This document shows positions 35,142-45,654 of a stretch of DNA of 64,000 nt, one piece after another. The notes under the pieces are model-generated. The model saw only the letters and a program-made list of their open reading frames with translations, was not told where the DNA came from and did not search any database. Source of the DNA: Deltaproteobacteria bacterium (GTDB lineage: Bacteria; Desulfobacterota; JAENJC01); the NCBI GenBank assembly GCA_030646755.1, contig JAUSKU010000092.1:14270-78269 (forward strand), given 5' to 3'. Position 1 is the stretch's first letter. Each line of letters starts with the position of its first letter. The translations under genes and the position numbers were made by a program.

Positions 35142-36533
35142 TTATTTTTCAAACAGCCTTAACTGACCCTGCCCCATCCATGGGAATTCCACTGGATAAC
35201 GCCCGCTGAAACATGCGTCGCAAAAGTAATCACCTTTTGCTACAGAAAGCATCCCTTCTGTGCTCAGATAACCGAGGGTGTCGGATGTAATATACTTATT
35301 TGTTTCTTCAACTGTATGAGTTGAGGCAATCAGCTCCTGCCTCGATGGCGTATCTACGCCGTAAAAGCACGGGAACATAGTAGGAGGGGAAGAGATGCGG
35401 AAATGGATCTCTTTGGCCCCGGCAGCCTTTATCATCTTTATTATCTTCCTGGCCGTCGTTCCCCTCACGATAGAATCATCCACAACGACAACCCTTTTAC
35501 CGGAAAAGGCCCCCCGGACCGCATTCAATTTTATCTTTACTCCGAAGTGGCGAATAGACTGTCTCGGCTCTATGAAGGTACGTCCTATGTAATGGTTCCT
35601 GATAAGCCCCGTCTCAAAAGGAAGACCGGCCTCTTCGGCATATCCTATGGCCGCAGGAACTCCTGAGTCAGGCACGGGAATGACCATGTCCGCCTCAACA
35701 GGATGTTCCCTCGCGAGCTGTTTCCCGAATCCCTTCCTCACCTCATAGACGTTACTTCCGAAGACGTTACTGTCAGGCCTGGCAAAGTATATAAATTCAA
35801 AGATACAGGGTGAAGGCTTGACCTCCGGAAATGGTTTGTATGAGTGCAGACCTTTCTCATCTATAACCAAAATCTCACCGGGTTCAATATCCCTGACATA
35901 TTCCGCCTCTACCAGGTCAAGGGCACAGGTCTCAGAGGCCACCACATAAGAATCCTTCATCCTGCCGAGACAGAGTGGCCTGAACCCGTTCGGGTCTCTC
36001 ACCGCCACCATGGAGGTCTCTGTAAGGAAGAGTAGGGAATAGGCCCCTCTCACCTGTTCCAATGCACTTACAAGCCTTTCAAATAATGCCCCCTCCTTAG
36101 AGGTTGCAATCAGGTGGACGATTACCTCCGTATCGGTAGTCGACTGGAATATTGACCCATGGGCCTCCAATTCATCCCTGAGAATAGCGGCATTGACCAG
36201 GTTCCCGTTATGGGCAACGGCCAGAGGCCCCCTGGCATAATCAACAACGATAGGCTGGACATTTTTTAGATGGCTCTCTCCGGCGGTGGAATATCTAACA
36301 TGCCCTATGGCGTTGTTGCCGGGAAGCCTTTTTAAGACATCCTCACTAAAGATGTCAGCCACAAGTCCCATTTCCTTATGGCTGTGTAATTTACTACCGT
36401 CGGAAGAAACTATCCCGGCGCCTTCCTGTCCTCTGTGCTGCAATGCATAGAGCCCAAGATAAGTGAGGTTTGCCGCCTCCGGATGACCGTATATGCCGAA
36501 TATCCCGCATTCGTCTTTGAATTTATCAAACAT
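35142..36533 (-). CDS. purF: amidophosphoribosyltransferase
   Basis: The ORF is 463 aa. It begins [16 protein letters not shown] with an Ntn Cys, carries a PRTase motif and ends in a Cys cluster. Confidence 0.9.
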   Translation of the reverse strand: MFDKFKDECGIFGIYGHPEAANLTYLGLYALQHRGQEGAGIVSSDGSKLHSHKEMGLVADIFSEDVLKRLPGNNAIGHVRYSTAGESHLKNVQPIVVDYARGPLAVAHNGNLVNAAILRDELEAHGSIFQSTTDTEVIVHLIATSKEGALFERLVSALEQVRGAYSLLFLTETSMVAVRDPNGFRPLCLGRMKDSYVVASETCALDLVEAEYVRDIEPGEILVIDEKGLHSYKPFPEVKPSPCIFEFIYFARPDSNVFGSNVYEVRKGFGKQLAREHPVEADMVIPVPDSGVPAAIGYAEEAGLPFETGLIRNHYIGRTFIEPRQSIRHFGVKIKLNAVRGAFSGKRVVVVDDSIVRGTTARKIIKMIKAAGAKEIHFRISSPPTMFPCFYGVDTPSRQELIASTHTVEETNKYITSDTLGYLSTEGMLSVAKGDYFCDACFSGRYPVEFPWMGQGQLRLFEK

Positions 36534-36582
36534 TTTACCCCTTATATTATATAGGGGCAGGTTTTAAACTTGCCCCTACGGT

Positions 36583-38796
36583 TTACACCCCTAATCTCCT
36601 CGGTATCGCTTCGCTCCAGGCCTTTTCCATCTCCTGAACCGGCAGCTCTATAAGATCATTTATAGAAAGCCTTTCTCCCCCTACCCTTCCTATGACCGTC
36701 ACTGGAGCCTTACAATTCTCAGCTATCCCTTTAAACTCCTGCAAATCCGTTTCAGAAACCGTAACGACAATCCTAGACTGAGATTCACCGAAGAGGAGGG
36801 CATCCTTTCTTATATCCACAGGCAGCTCGATCCTTGCCCCTATCCTGTGCCCTTCTGCCGTAAAACAGCACTCGGCCAAAGATACGGCAAGGCCTCCCTC
36901 AGAACAGTCATGGGCCGATTTTATAAGCCCCTTCTGAATGCCTTCGAGACATGAATCCTGCACCGCCTTTTCAAGAGTCAAATCCAGAGATGGCGGCATC
37001 CCCTTTTCAAGGGCGTGGATCACCTTCAGGTACTCGCTTCCTCCTATCTCCTCCCTGTTCAGCCCCAGGAGGATTATCACATCCCCATCGTTCTTGAACC
37101 AAGAGGTACAGTGATGAGCGACATCATCCAGTAGGCCGACCATTCCGACTGTCGGTGTCGGATGTATGGCAACCCCCTGGGTCTCGTTGTAAAGACTGAC
37201 GTTTCCGCCGATAACAGGTGTATCAAGCGTACTGCAGGCCTTGCTCAGGCCAAGGGTGGCTTGCTGGAACTGCCACATGATTTCAGGCTTTTCTGGATTG
37301 CCGAAGTTCAGACAGTCCGTAACGGCCATGGGCTTACCGCCGGAACAGACAATGTTCCTCGCAGCCTCGGCAACTGCAATCATCCCCCCTGTGTACGGGT
37401 CCAGATAACAGTAACGGGAATTGCAGTCGGTGGTCATTGCCAGGCCCTTAGTTGTCCCCTTCACCCTTATGACTGCTGCATCAGAGCCAGGCAGAACAAC
37501 AGTGTTGGTCCTTACCATATGGTCATACTGCCTGTAAATCCATCTCTTGCTTGCAATAGTCGGAGAGTCCAGCAGTTTCAGCAGGACATCGTTATAATCT
37601 ACAGGCTCTTTGATTGTTTTCAGATCAAGGGTCTGTAGCTCGGTTTGATACTCCGGTCTCTTTACAGGCCTATTGTATAAGGGGGCTCCGTCTGCGAGAG
37701 GTTTCACAGGAAGCTCTGCGACGGTCTGTCCATGCATCTTGATGCGCATGAATCCGTCGTCAGTTACCCTTCCAACTACAACTGCATCCAGGTCCCATTT
37801 CTTAAATATCTCAACAATCTTCTCTTCAGTCCCTTCCCTTGCAACCAGGAGCATGCGCTCCTGGGACTCGGAAAGCATTATCTCATATGGGGTCATCCCC
37901 TCTTCCCTCATAGGAACATCGTCAAGGACCATCTCTATGCCTGTCCCTGCCCTGGAGGCCATCTCAAAAGACGAAGAAGTAAGTCCTGCTGCCCCCATGT
38001 CCTGGATACCAACCACATAGTCGGTCTTGAAGACTTCGAGGCAGGCCTCAAGGAGGAGCTTCTCCGTAAACGGGTCTCCAACCTGCACTGTAGGTCTCTT
38101 TTCTTCCGACCCCTCGCCGAACTCGGCAGACGCCATTGTCGCCCCGTGGATACCATCCCTACCTGTCTTGGACCCCACATAAACCACAGGGTTTCCTATA
38201 CCGGAGGCGTTCCCCTTGAATATCTTGTCTACCCTCACAAGGCCGACCGTCATGGCATTGACAAGGATATTCCCTTTATAGCAATCATTAAAATAGACCT
38301 CTCCTCCCACTGTCGGAATCCCCATGCAGTTTCCGTATCCTGCGATACCGGCCACAACACCATTCAATAGATACCTCTGCTTCGGCTCTTCAAGACTACC
38401 AAATCTCAGGGAGTTAAGATTTGCAACAGGTCTTGCACCCATGGTGAAGATATCTCTCAGGATGCCTCCAACTCCAGTAGCAGCACCCTGATAAGGCTCT
38501 ATAAAGGATGGATGGTTGTGAGACTCCATTTTGAAGACCACTCCAATGCCTTCACCTATATATATGACTCCGGCATTTTCTCCCGGCCCCTGAATGACCC
38601 ACTGCGCAGTCGTAGGGAAGTTCTTCAGGTAAACCTTGGAGGATTTATAAGAGCAATGCTCACTCCACATGACAGAGAATATCCCAAGTTCAACCAGATT
38701 TGGTTCGCGGCCAAGGATCTCAAGAACCTTCTGGTATTCCTCCACACTGAGGCCGTGGGATGCAACAACTTCTTTTGTAATTTTTGTGTCTGTCAT
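36583..38796 (-). CDS. purL: phosphoribosylformylglycinamidine synthase subunit PurL
   Basis: The ORF is 737 aa with the N-terminus [27 protein letters not shown]. Confidence 0.9.
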   Translation of the reverse strand: MTDTKITKEVVASHGLSVEEYQKVLEILGREPNLVELGIFSVMWSEHCSYKSSKVYLKNFPTTAQWVIQGPGENAGVIYIGEGIGVVFKMESHNHPSFIEPYQGAATGVGGILRDIFTMGARPVANLNSLRFGSLEEPKQRYLLNGVVAGIAGYGNCMGIPTVGGEVYFNDCYKGNILVNAMTVGLVRVDKIFKGNASGIGNPVVYVGSKTGRDGIHGATMASAEFGEGSEEKRPTVQVGDPFTEKLLLEACLEVFKTDYVVGIQDMGAAGLTSSSFEMASRAGTGIEMVLDDVPMREEGMTPYEIMLSESQERMLLVAREGTEEKIVEIFKKWDLDAVVVGRVTDDGFMRIKMHGQTVAELPVKPLADGAPLYNRPVKRPEYQTELQTLDLKTIKEPVDYNDVLLKLLDSPTIASKRWIYRQYDHMVRTNTVVLPGSDAAVIRVKGTTKGLAMTTDCNSRYCYLDPYTGGMIAVAEAARNIVCSGGKPMAVTDCLNFGNPEKPEIMWQFQQATLGLSKACSTLDTPVIGGNVSLYNETQGVAIHPTPTVGMVGLLDDVAHHCTSWFKNDGDVIILLGLNREEIGGSEYLKVIHALEKGMPPSLDLTLEKAVQDSCLEGIQKGLIKSAHDCSEGGLAVSLAECCFTAEGHRIGARIELPVDIRKDALLFGESQSRIVVTVSETDLQEFKGIAENCKAPVTVIGRVGGERLSINDLIELPVQEMEKAWSEAIPRRLGV

Positions 38797-38996
38797 CCCA
38801 TCTTCTCCGAAATCTCGTCCACAGCAACCTTAAGGTCTTCCACAGCCGTTTCCATAGAGTCTATAGCGAACTTGATCTCTGTCAGAAGACCGTAAAGCTC
38901 ATCATTCATGGCAATAAAGGTGCATTTCTTGGAATCCTTTGAAAAAAGTTCACATTCAGTGGTGCACTCGCATTTCATAAACGGGCATAAAGCCAT
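38793..38996 (-). CDS. small Cys-rich protein translationally coupled to purL
   Basis: The ORF is 67 aa. [25 protein letters not shown] has 6 Cys in the first 25 residues. Its stop overlaps the purL start as ATGA. Confidence 0.45.
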   Translation of the reverse strand: MALCPFMKCECTTECELFSKDSKKCTFIAMNDELYGLLTEIKFAIDSMETAVEDLKVAVDEISEKMG

Positions 38997-39163
38997 ATCT
39001 TTCTCCTGAAATCGTAAAATTTACCGCAGAGGCGCAGCCAAAAGTAGACGCTTCTAAGCGAGACGCAGAGTTTTATTGTCACCCTGAGTGAAGCGAAGGG
39101 TCTAAGATTCTTCGCTTCGCTCAGAATGACATGTTTAATGAGCTTTCTCTGTGCCCTCTGTGG

Positions 39164-39850
39164 CTAAAAGGAACTTAACACTGATTCAAAAAACCTCTTC
39201 CCGTCAACATTCCCGAGTATGTCCTCCGCACACCTCTCCGGGTGCGGCATAATGCCAAGGACGTTCCTTTTTTCATTGCAGATCCCGGCAATATTCAGGA
39301 GGGAGCCGTTGGGATTTGCATTCTCTGTAATATTTCCATCCGCATCGCAGTAGCGGAAGATTATCTGGCCATTATCCTGAATCCTTTTTAATGTCTCATC
39401 ATCTGCAAAATAGTTCCCGTCCGCATGGGCGATAGGCATCCTTACAACCTCCCCTTTCTTATAAAGCCTTGTAAATGGAAAATCATTGCTTTCCACACGA
39501 ATATACCTGTTTTCGCAGATGAACTTTAAATCTTTGTTTCTCATCAATACGCCTGGAAGAAGCCCTGCCTCAACCAGTATCTGAAAGCCGTTGCATATCC
39601 CTATGACAAGTCCGCCTTCATCCGCAAACTCCTTCACTTCTTTCATAACAGGAGAGAACATGGCTATTGCCCCTGTCCTCAGGTAATCGCCATAGGAAAA
39701 CCCTCCGGGAAGTATAAGGCAGTCAAACCCGTTTATTTGGGTCTCCTTATGCCAGATATACTCTGCCTCCTGCCCAAGAACATTTTTTACGACATGATAG
39801 CAGTCATGGTCGCAGTTTGAACCAGGAAATACAACTATTCCGAATTTCAT
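39164..39850 (-). CDS. purQ: phosphoribosylformylglycinamidine synthase glutaminase subunit PurQ
   Basis: The ORF is 228 aa. It begins [16 protein letters not shown], and the class I glutamine amidotransferase motif GICNGFQ is present. Confidence 0.85.
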   Translation of the reverse strand: MKFGIVVFPGSNCDHDCYHVVKNVLGQEAEYIWHKETQINGFDCLILPGGFSYGDYLRTGAIAMFSPVMKEVKEFADEGGLVIGICNGFQILVEAGLLPGVLMRNKDLKFICENRYIRVESNDFPFTRLYKKGEVVRMPIAHADGNYFADDETLKRIQDNGQIIFRYCDADGNITENANPNGSLLNIAGICNEKRNVLGIMPHPERCAEDILGNVDGKRFFESVLSSF

Positions 39851-39917
39851 ATTTCACCTTTTTGTAGGGGCAACCCTGTGTGGTTGCCCTAATTGGGACG
39901 GCCACATAGGGCCGCCC

Positions 39918-40157
39918 TTACAATATTTCAAACCTGTAATTCTCAATCACCGTATTTGCAAGGAGCTTCTCGCACATCTCTTTGACCTTCTTCTCTGCAT
40001 CAGGCTTAGGGATATCGGCAAGCTTAATCTCTATAAACTTCCCTATCCTTACATCCTCCGCCTCTTTATAACCGATCGACTCCAGGGAGTGCTGAACTGC
40101 TTTCCCCTGCGGGTCCAAGACCCCTTTTTTAAGCGTAACATAAACCTTTGCAATCAT
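39918..40157 (-). CDS. purS: PurS
   Basis: The ORF is 79 aa. It begins MIAKVYVTLKKGVLDPQG. A GAGGAG ribosome-binding site lies 8 nt before the ATG at 40157, and the ORF-track start at 40181 would include that site. Confidence 0.8.
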   Translation of the reverse strand: MIAKVYVTLKKGVLDPQGKAVQHSLESIGYKEAEDVRIGKFIEIKLADIPKPDAEKKVKEMCEKLLANTVIENYRFEIL

Positions 40158-40181
40158 AATAGAACTCCTCTCATTTGACAC

Positions 40182-40310
40182 TGATTAATACCGATTCAAT
40201 GTGATCTTCACTGATGCTTTTTTGAAAATCTGTGTAAATCATAGTTCTTCTGTGTCAATCTGTGTCGAAAATGTTTTTCTCTGCGCTCTCTGCGGTAAAA
40301 TAATTTTACT
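40182..40310. repeat. intergenic element of about 130 bp, copy B (between purS and mscS)
   Basis: See copy A for the shared sequence blocks. Confidence 0.65.
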
Positions 40311-41337
40311 TTGAATATACGACTCTTGTCGGAAACGGTATCTCTATCCCATTTTCCTGAAACCTCTTTAATATTAACATGTTAATAGCATCCTGACTCG
40401 GGACCTTGTCTCCAAACTTTTCAGTGGTATAAATCAACAGCAGTTCAAGGGAAAAATCGCCAAACTTGGTTAAAAAGACATCGGGGGCAGGCTCCTTTAC
40501 TATAGAAGAAACCGAAAGAGCGCTTTCCTTCATGATCTGTTTGGCCTTCTCTACATCGCTACCATAGGCAACACCGACAGATATCATGTTCTTTATCTTT
40601 GGACTTGGAAAGCTGAGATTTACGACCTTTGTGTTTACCAGTTCCGCGTTGGGCACCACCAGGACGTTCTGCTCAGGGGTCATTATCTTTGTACTCCTTA
40701 GTCCTATATCAAGGACATCTCCGATCTGCCCGCCCGTAAGCTCAATCCTGTCTCCTATCCCGAAAGGCCTGTCCACCATGATAGTGAATCCAGACAGCAT
40801 ATTGGTCAGGGTTTCCTTTGCGGCAAGACCTATGGCCAGAGAGCCGACTCCCAGAGCCGTTAGAAGGGAAAGGACGTCATACCCAAAATGCCTGAGCACC
40901 GTTATGAGTCCCATCACAAAGATAAAAATATTTATAATCTTTTCTACCAGCGGGATGAGCTGATCATCAACAGTTGATTCGGTCTTTGCAGCAATCTCAC
41001 TGGCATACCACTCTATGATGGTATCAGCAACCTTCAGCGCCAGGGTTATGACAATAATTACTCCAAAGACAAAGACTATCCCGTCTGCTATTGACTTGAC
41101 CTTTGGAGAAAGAGGAAGTCTGGCGATGGCTATATACAAGCCTATAAGAACAATTATGAAAGAGATCGGCTTCTTTACTGCCTCGATAATACGGTCATCC
41201 AGGTCGCTGGCTGTAAACTTGGTAAACTTGGGAGCCCAATGGGTAAGTATATAAAGGGTTATCTTGCCGGCTACCCACGAAATAGCGAGGATGCCAAAGG
41301 AGACCAAAGTTTCGCTAAGCCAGAGGGGTATTTGCAT
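40306..41337 (-). CDS. mechanosensitive ion channel, MscS family
   Basis: The ORF is 343 aa. It has N-terminal transmembrane helices and an MscS beta-domain (VDRPFGIGDRIELTGGQIGDVLDIGLRSTKI). Confidence 0.8.
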   Translation of the reverse strand: MQIPLWLSETLVSFGILAISWVAGKITLYILTHWAPKFTKFTASDLDDRIIEAVKKPISFIIVLIGLYIAIARLPLSPKVKSIADGIVFVFGVIIVITLALKVADTIIEWYASEIAAKTESTVDDQLIPLVEKIINIFIFVMGLITVLRHFGYDVLSLLTALGVGSLAIGLAAKETLTNMLSGFTIMVDRPFGIGDRIELTGGQIGDVLDIGLRSTKIMTPEQNVLVVPNAELVNTKVVNLSFPSPKIKNMISVGVAYGSDVEKAKQIMKESALSVSSIVKEPAPDVFLTKFGDFSLELLLIYTTEKFGDKVPSQDAINMLILKRFQENGIEIPFPTRVVYSK

Positions 41338-41339
41338 CT

Positions 41340-42632
41340 TTATTTAAAAACCCTATTGAATATGTAGTCTACGTTCTTAAGATGATAGTTTAAATCGAAC
41401 GAATTTTCAATCTCTTTTTTGTCAAGGTACCTTGTCACATCTTGGTCTGAAAGGAGGAGTTCCTTGAAATCCTTCCCCTCAGCCCATACCCTCATGGCGT
41501 TCCTCTGAACCAGGTTGTAGGCCTCCTCCCTGCTTGCCCCCTTTACCGTCAAGGCAAGCAATACCCTCTGTGAATGGATAAGGCCGTGGAGTTGGTTAAT
41601 GTTCTTCATCATGTTTTCAGGGTAGACGATGAGCCTGTCCATCAGGTCCGCAAATCGGTTGAGCATATAGTTCATCATGATGGTGCTGTCGGGGCCTATG
41701 ACCCTCTCTACGGATGAGTGGCTTATATCCCTCTCATGCCACAGCGCCACATTCTCCATGGCAGCAAAGGAGTTGGACCTAACCAGCCTTGCAAGACCTG
41801 TCAGATTCTCGGCTGATATGGGGTTCCTCTTGTGAGGCATGGCTGAGGACCCCTTCTGTCCGGGAGAGAAATATTCTTCAGCCTCCAACACCTCTGTCCT
41901 CTGAAGGTGCCTCAGTTCAACGGAGAAATTCTCTATGGACGATGCTATCAAGGCAAGGGTTGTAAAGAACTCGGCGTGCCTGTCCCTCTGGACCACTTGG
42001 GTTGATACAGGCTCAGGCGTCAGCCCCAGGTGCTTACAAACATACTCTTCCACGAACGGAGGGATATTGGCGAATGTCCCGACAGCCCCGGATATGGCCC
42101 CGCAGGATATCACATCCTTCGCCCTCTCCATCCTCGCAAGGTTTCTTTTCATCTCTTCATACATCAAGGCCATCTTCAGGCCGAAGGTCACAGGCTCGGC
42201 ATGAATGCCGTGGGAACGCCCCATAGCAGGGGTCATCTTGTGCTCCATCGCCCTCCTCTTCAAGACCTCCATGCACCTCTTTATGTCGGATATGATTATC
42301 TCCGACGCCTCTTTTAGCAGGACTGCAAATGATGTGTCAATAAGGTCCGAGGATGTCATCCCCTTATGCAGGAACCGCGATTCAGGCCCTATGCTCTCGT
42401 TGACGGATGTGAGAAACGCTATCACGTCATGCTTCACCACCTTCTCAATCTCATCAATCTTCTTGGGATCGAAGCAGGCCTTCTTCTTAATGACCTCAAT
42501 CGCCTCCCTCGGCACCTCCCCAAGCTCCGCCCAAGCCTCAGTGGCCAGTATCTCCACCTTTAACCATGTCTGGTACCTCTTCTCCACTGTCCATATCGCC
42601 GCCATCTCCGGCCTTGTATAACGCTCGATCAT
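41340..42632 (-). CDS. purB: adenylosuccinate lyase
   Basis: The ORF is 430 aa. It begins [14 protein letters not shown] and carries the fumarate-lyase signature [11 protein letters not shown]. Confidence 0.9.
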   Translation of the reverse strand: MIERYTRPEMAAIWTVEKRYQTWLKVEILATEAWAELGEVPREAIEVIKKKACFDPKKIDEIEKVVKHDVIAFLTSVNESIGPESRFLHKGMTSSDLIDTSFAVLLKEASEIIISDIKRCMEVLKRRAMEHKMTPAMGRSHGIHAEPVTFGLKMALMYEEMKRNLARMERAKDVISCGAISGAVGTFANIPPFVEEYVCKHLGLTPEPVSTQVVQRDRHAEFFTTLALIASSIENFSVELRHLQRTEVLEAEEYFSPGQKGSSAMPHKRNPISAENLTGLARLVRSNSFAAMENVALWHERDISHSSVERVIGPDSTIMMNYMLNRFADLMDRLIVYPENMMKNINQLHGLIHSQRVLLALTVKGASREEAYNLVQRNAMRVWAEGKDFKELLLSDQDVTRYLDKKEIENSFDLNYHLKNVDYIFNRVFK

Positions 42633-42662
42633 TTACGATTCTCCTTTTGTTCTAATATTATG

Positions 42663-42791
42663 AGGTTCTTGCAAAAGTCTAATTTGTGGTTCGACAGGCT
42701 CACCACGAACGGGAAAAATCAATAAATTCAACTGAACCACCGTTCACCCTGAGCTTGTCGAAGGGTATTCGAAGAGCTTTGCAAGAGCCTC
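42663..42791. mobile_element. MITE-like element, copy 1 (about 129 bp, 18-bp terminal inverted repeats)
   Basis: The left terminal repeat is GAGGTTCTTGCAAAAGTC and the right is GAGCTTTGCAAGAGCCTC. The core TGTGGTTCGACAGGCTCACCACGAACGGGAAAAA...CCACCGTTCACCCTGAGCTTGTCGAAGGGTA is about 90% identical to copy 2. Confidence 0.6.
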
Positions 42792-42820
42792 ATTATCATT
42801 ATCAGCTTCTTTTCATGGGG

Positions 42821-43009
42821 CTATTTATCTTGAACTATATCTTCGGGCTTTAACCAGACTGTCTTTCCGTCACGCCAGACAGCAACAGGGTTTCCGGCCT
42901 GTTTGTGCCGTAAGAGGGCTTCATGGACGCCATCTGGCAATGCTTGAGTGATTTTTTCTTTATTCTCAAATATCTCGGAAATTCTATCTCTGACTTTTTC
43001 TTGTGACAT
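42821..43009 (-). CDS. hypothetical small protein of 62 aa
   Basis: The ORF encodes MSQEKVRDRISEIFENKEKITQALPDGVHEALLRHKQAGNPVAVWRDGKTVWLKPEDIVQDK. No family was recognised, and it is bracketed by the MITE and the inverted repeat at 43041-43113. Confidence 0.35.
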   Translation of the reverse strand: MSQEKVRDRISEIFENKEKITQALPDGVHEALLRHKQAGNPVAVWRDGKTVWLKPEDIVQDK

Positions 43010-43113
43010 TATATTCCTCCTCTATCTGCTGCCAGATACCGTAGGATGGGTGAAACCCATCACACAAAACCTACATTATAACGATGGGTTGCGTTTCACT
43101 TCACCCATCCTAC

Positions 43114-43560
43114 TTACTGATGAACCAGGACGTTACGACTCCAGCCATGTTCGATGGCCTTCCGGGCATACCATTCCCGTTCTTTTCTGGATTTGAGCTT
43201 GGTAATAATGGTGATATTTTGCCCCCACGGTATTTGTCCAACGAGCTGTTGGACAATTTGCTCTGTATCCCATGCTTCGGCAAAGCTTCGCATATACATG
43301 AGATTCGCCCTCGAAAACCCTTTCATATCCGGGAACTCCCGTCGAAGGTCTGTTGCCAGGCGCTCGACAACCTTTGCTCCCCAGCCTTCCTGTTCCTGTC
43401 GGGTCAGGATGTCACGGCCAATCTGCCAGTAGAGCAAAACCAGTTCGCTGTTGACCGCCAAAGCGGCCCGCACTTGGGCCTGGCGGATTCGCGCCTTCAG
43501 GTCGCGCAGGAACTCTTCATATCCCTTGAAAGTGGTAATGTTCATCCCCTTCCCCTTCAC
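43114..43560 (-). pseudogene. DUF1016/YhcG-like N-terminal fragment (the PD-(D/E)xK nuclease C-terminal domain is missing)
   Basis: The ORF is 148 aa and ends at ...AIEHGWSRNVLVHQ, where YhcG-like proteins continue into the nuclease domain. The truncation coincides with a long imperfect inverted repeat at 43041-43113. Confidence 0.5.
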
Positions 43561-43996
43561 AACCGCCTTTCCGCCGCCTGCCGCAAGAGACGCAGGCCTT
43601 TAAATACTGACAAATATGCAACGACTGGTTATTCCGCAGAGCCTATTGTTCCCTTTCCCATATCTGGCAATTCAGCAATTCAGTGTCATGTCCTCAAAAT
43701 TCCAGGTTTCCTTGGTCTCTGGTCAACGGGGCAGACGACAAGCAACTGATGCACAGCACAGTAATAAGCAAAGCTTTGATCTTAGATACTGTTTTGTTCA
43801 TCATGTTTTTGTTCTCCTGTATGTTCATATGCACCTCCGAATTGAGTTTAATGCCTTTGGCCACCTGCAAGGTTGCACTTGCAGCTACTATTGGCTGTGC
43901 TATGGCATCAGGATGCCTATGTATCGTATGCCCTATCTCCCCCGAAGGCCAGAGATCAAGGAATATTAATTATGCTTTATTAAATTTGTCTCTTAT

Positions 43997-44126
43997 GAAC
44001 CTCTTGCAAAAGTCTTTTTGTGGTTCGACAGGCTCACCACGAACGGGAAAAAGTCAATGATTCCAACCCGACCACCGTTCACCCTGAGCTTGCCGAAGGG
44101 TAATTTCGGACTTTTGCAAGAGGCTC
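43997..44126. mobile_element. MITE-like element, copy 2 (about 130 bp)
   Basis: The left terminal repeat is GAACCTCTTGCAAAAGTC and the right is GACTTTTGCAAGAGGCTC. The core is the same as copy 1. Confidence 0.6.
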
Positions 44127-44235
44127 CCATCTCAGACAATTCAGTATCAAGTCACCGGGTTACATTACCTAATTCGTCGTTTCCTTCTCTAAGGGACTTT
44201 GGTAAATACTAAAATACCGTTTTTGATAGGTCAAA

Positions 44236-44312
44236 CCCATCCCCACCCTAACCCTCCCCTTGAAAGGGAGGGAGGTTTACTTCTCCCCCTATATTGAGAG
44301 GGGGATGGGTTG
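44236..44312. repeat. GC-rich palindromic element, copy 4
   Basis: It contains ccccaccctaaccctccccttgaaagggagggagg and tctccccctatattgagagggggatggg. Confidence 0.75.
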
Positions 44313-44342
44313 TTAAGCGGTATGTTTGAATGTTCTAAGTCC

Positions 44343-45353
44343 CTAACTTACAATTGTTTTTATCCAGCAATTTTCGCTGCATGAATCAAAAAAATCAATG
44401 TCTGCTTTAATCCCAGCACGATTTAATTGCTGCTCCATCCGATTGATGTCTTTGTAAATCTCCACTTGTGGCCGATCTGTATAAACAGATACAGCAATAT
44501 CTGTTAGACGTGCTTTCGCTAATTGTTTCAGTATATGAAAATCCATCTCTTCCATGGACCAGCCATAAATCACCAATGTTGGCCCCACTGCCGGCAAAAC
44601 AGAATCATATAATGTGCTTAAATAGTGACTTCTCTTAATAGCCTTTAATTTCTGTTCCGATAATCCTTCACTTACAAATAATGGAATGGTAGTCCCAGAT
44701 TCCCATTGCTTCAATATCTTGTTCAAGAGGTTAATCCCGTCTGTAACATTTATCTTGGTTTCATTCCCGTAAATATCAGTAGATAAAACAAGATTTCCAT
44801 GAGGATAGAAAAGCAGTGAAGCCCCTTTTGCATTATAGGGTTTTGAAAAGCCTGACCAGTTATCGGGAAACGATCCACTTACAAAGCAGTCCTTAAACCA
44901 GTTGCCAAGTTCATTATTCCCTTCCAAGATAGACCAATAAATTATCAAGTCATAATTTAAACTTACTATCACTGAAAACCTTTTTAGAAAATTATATATA
45001 GACTTAATAAATGGTCTTACTGCTTCAACTGTAGTGTGATTGTGTCTAACAGTGCCTATTAAGGCGTTACGCAATTCTTGATACGTATGATAAGAAACCG
45101 ATTCTTTTATCTGCAAAGCTGTATTAATGTGATATGTATGCCAAAGTAGACTTAAAACATATTCAAAATCCTCTGTTTCCAGATATTTGAAAATCATATC
45201 TATGTTTGTGCTGATTAACTTTATATCTTTTGAAGTCTTCAGAAGCGACTTATACGAAAAACAGCCATCTATAGCAATGCTGGCTCCATTGCCTAGTAAA
45301 ATACTATGTTGGTATTTCTCTGAGATATCATTCCAATCATGAATATTCGTCAT
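44343..45353 (-). CDS. DUF4917 family protein
   Basis: The ORF is 336 aa. The N-terminal motif SILLGNGASIAIDGCFSY matches the LLGNGFSIA signature of DUF4917. The gene is markedly AT-rich (about 38% GC against about 50% in the flanks), which suggests horizontal acquisition. Confidence 0.55.
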   Translation of the reverse strand: MTNIHDWNDISEKYQHSILLGNGASIAIDGCFSYKSLLKTSKDIKLISTNIDMIFKYLETEDFEYVLSLLWHTYHINTALQIKESVSYHTYQELRNALIGTVRHNHTTVEAVRPFIKSIYNFLKRFSVIVSLNYDLIIYWSILEGNNELGNWFKDCFVSGSFPDNWSGFSKPYNAKGASLLFYPHGNLVLSTDIYGNETKINVTDGINLLNKILKQWESGTTIPLFVSEGLSEQKLKAIKRSHYLSTLYDSVLPAVGPTLVIYGWSMEEMDFHILKQLAKARLTDIAVSVYTDRPQVEIYKDINRMEQQLNRAGIKADIDFFDSCSENCWIKTIVS

Positions 45354-45558
45354 AGCTTTTTCTTGTATATCCCTTTAGGGAATTCTCCGCTTCTTCCGAG
45401 GACTACGAACTATATGTAACGTCTTAAATAATAGCGCATAGCGTGCGCAATACCCCATTTGGAAATTCGGGGGACCTTTTTCCGCCCCCCTCTTTACCGA
45501 ACTGATTTTTCATAACGCCCTTTAATTCCTTTATGCCCTTGGGTACTCTTACCTTAAG

Positions 45559-45618
45559 AGGGGGAACGTGCCAGTTGGCCCCTCACCCTGACCCTCTCCC
45601 CCCTTTTGGGGCGAGGGA
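45559..45618. repeat. GC-rich palindromic element, copy 5
   Basis: The sequence is cccctcaccctgaccctctcccccttttggggcgaggg. Confidence 0.75.
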
Positions 45619-45654
45619 ATAATGGATTGCGGAAATGACAATTTCAAATCTCCC

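Noticed and set aside
42675-42700. The tRNA-like GGTTCGA motif inside the MITE core
   Set aside because: It is followed by CAGGC instead of the T-loop consensus, there is no acceptor or anticodon stem, and it is present identically in both MITE copies.
43700-43810. A 36-aa signal-peptide-like minus-strand ORF (MMNKTVSKIKALLITVLCISCLSSAPLTRDQGNLEF) found by manual scan between the DUF1016 fragment and MITE copy 2
   Set aside because: It has a ribosome-binding site and a lipobox-like LCISC, but the mature part would be only about 10 residues. It is too short to support without conservation data.
44018-44212. 64-aa ORF MWFDRLTTNGKKSMIPTRPPFTLSLPKGNFG...
   Set aside because: It lies wholly inside MITE copy 2, and the same frame is disrupted in copy 1.
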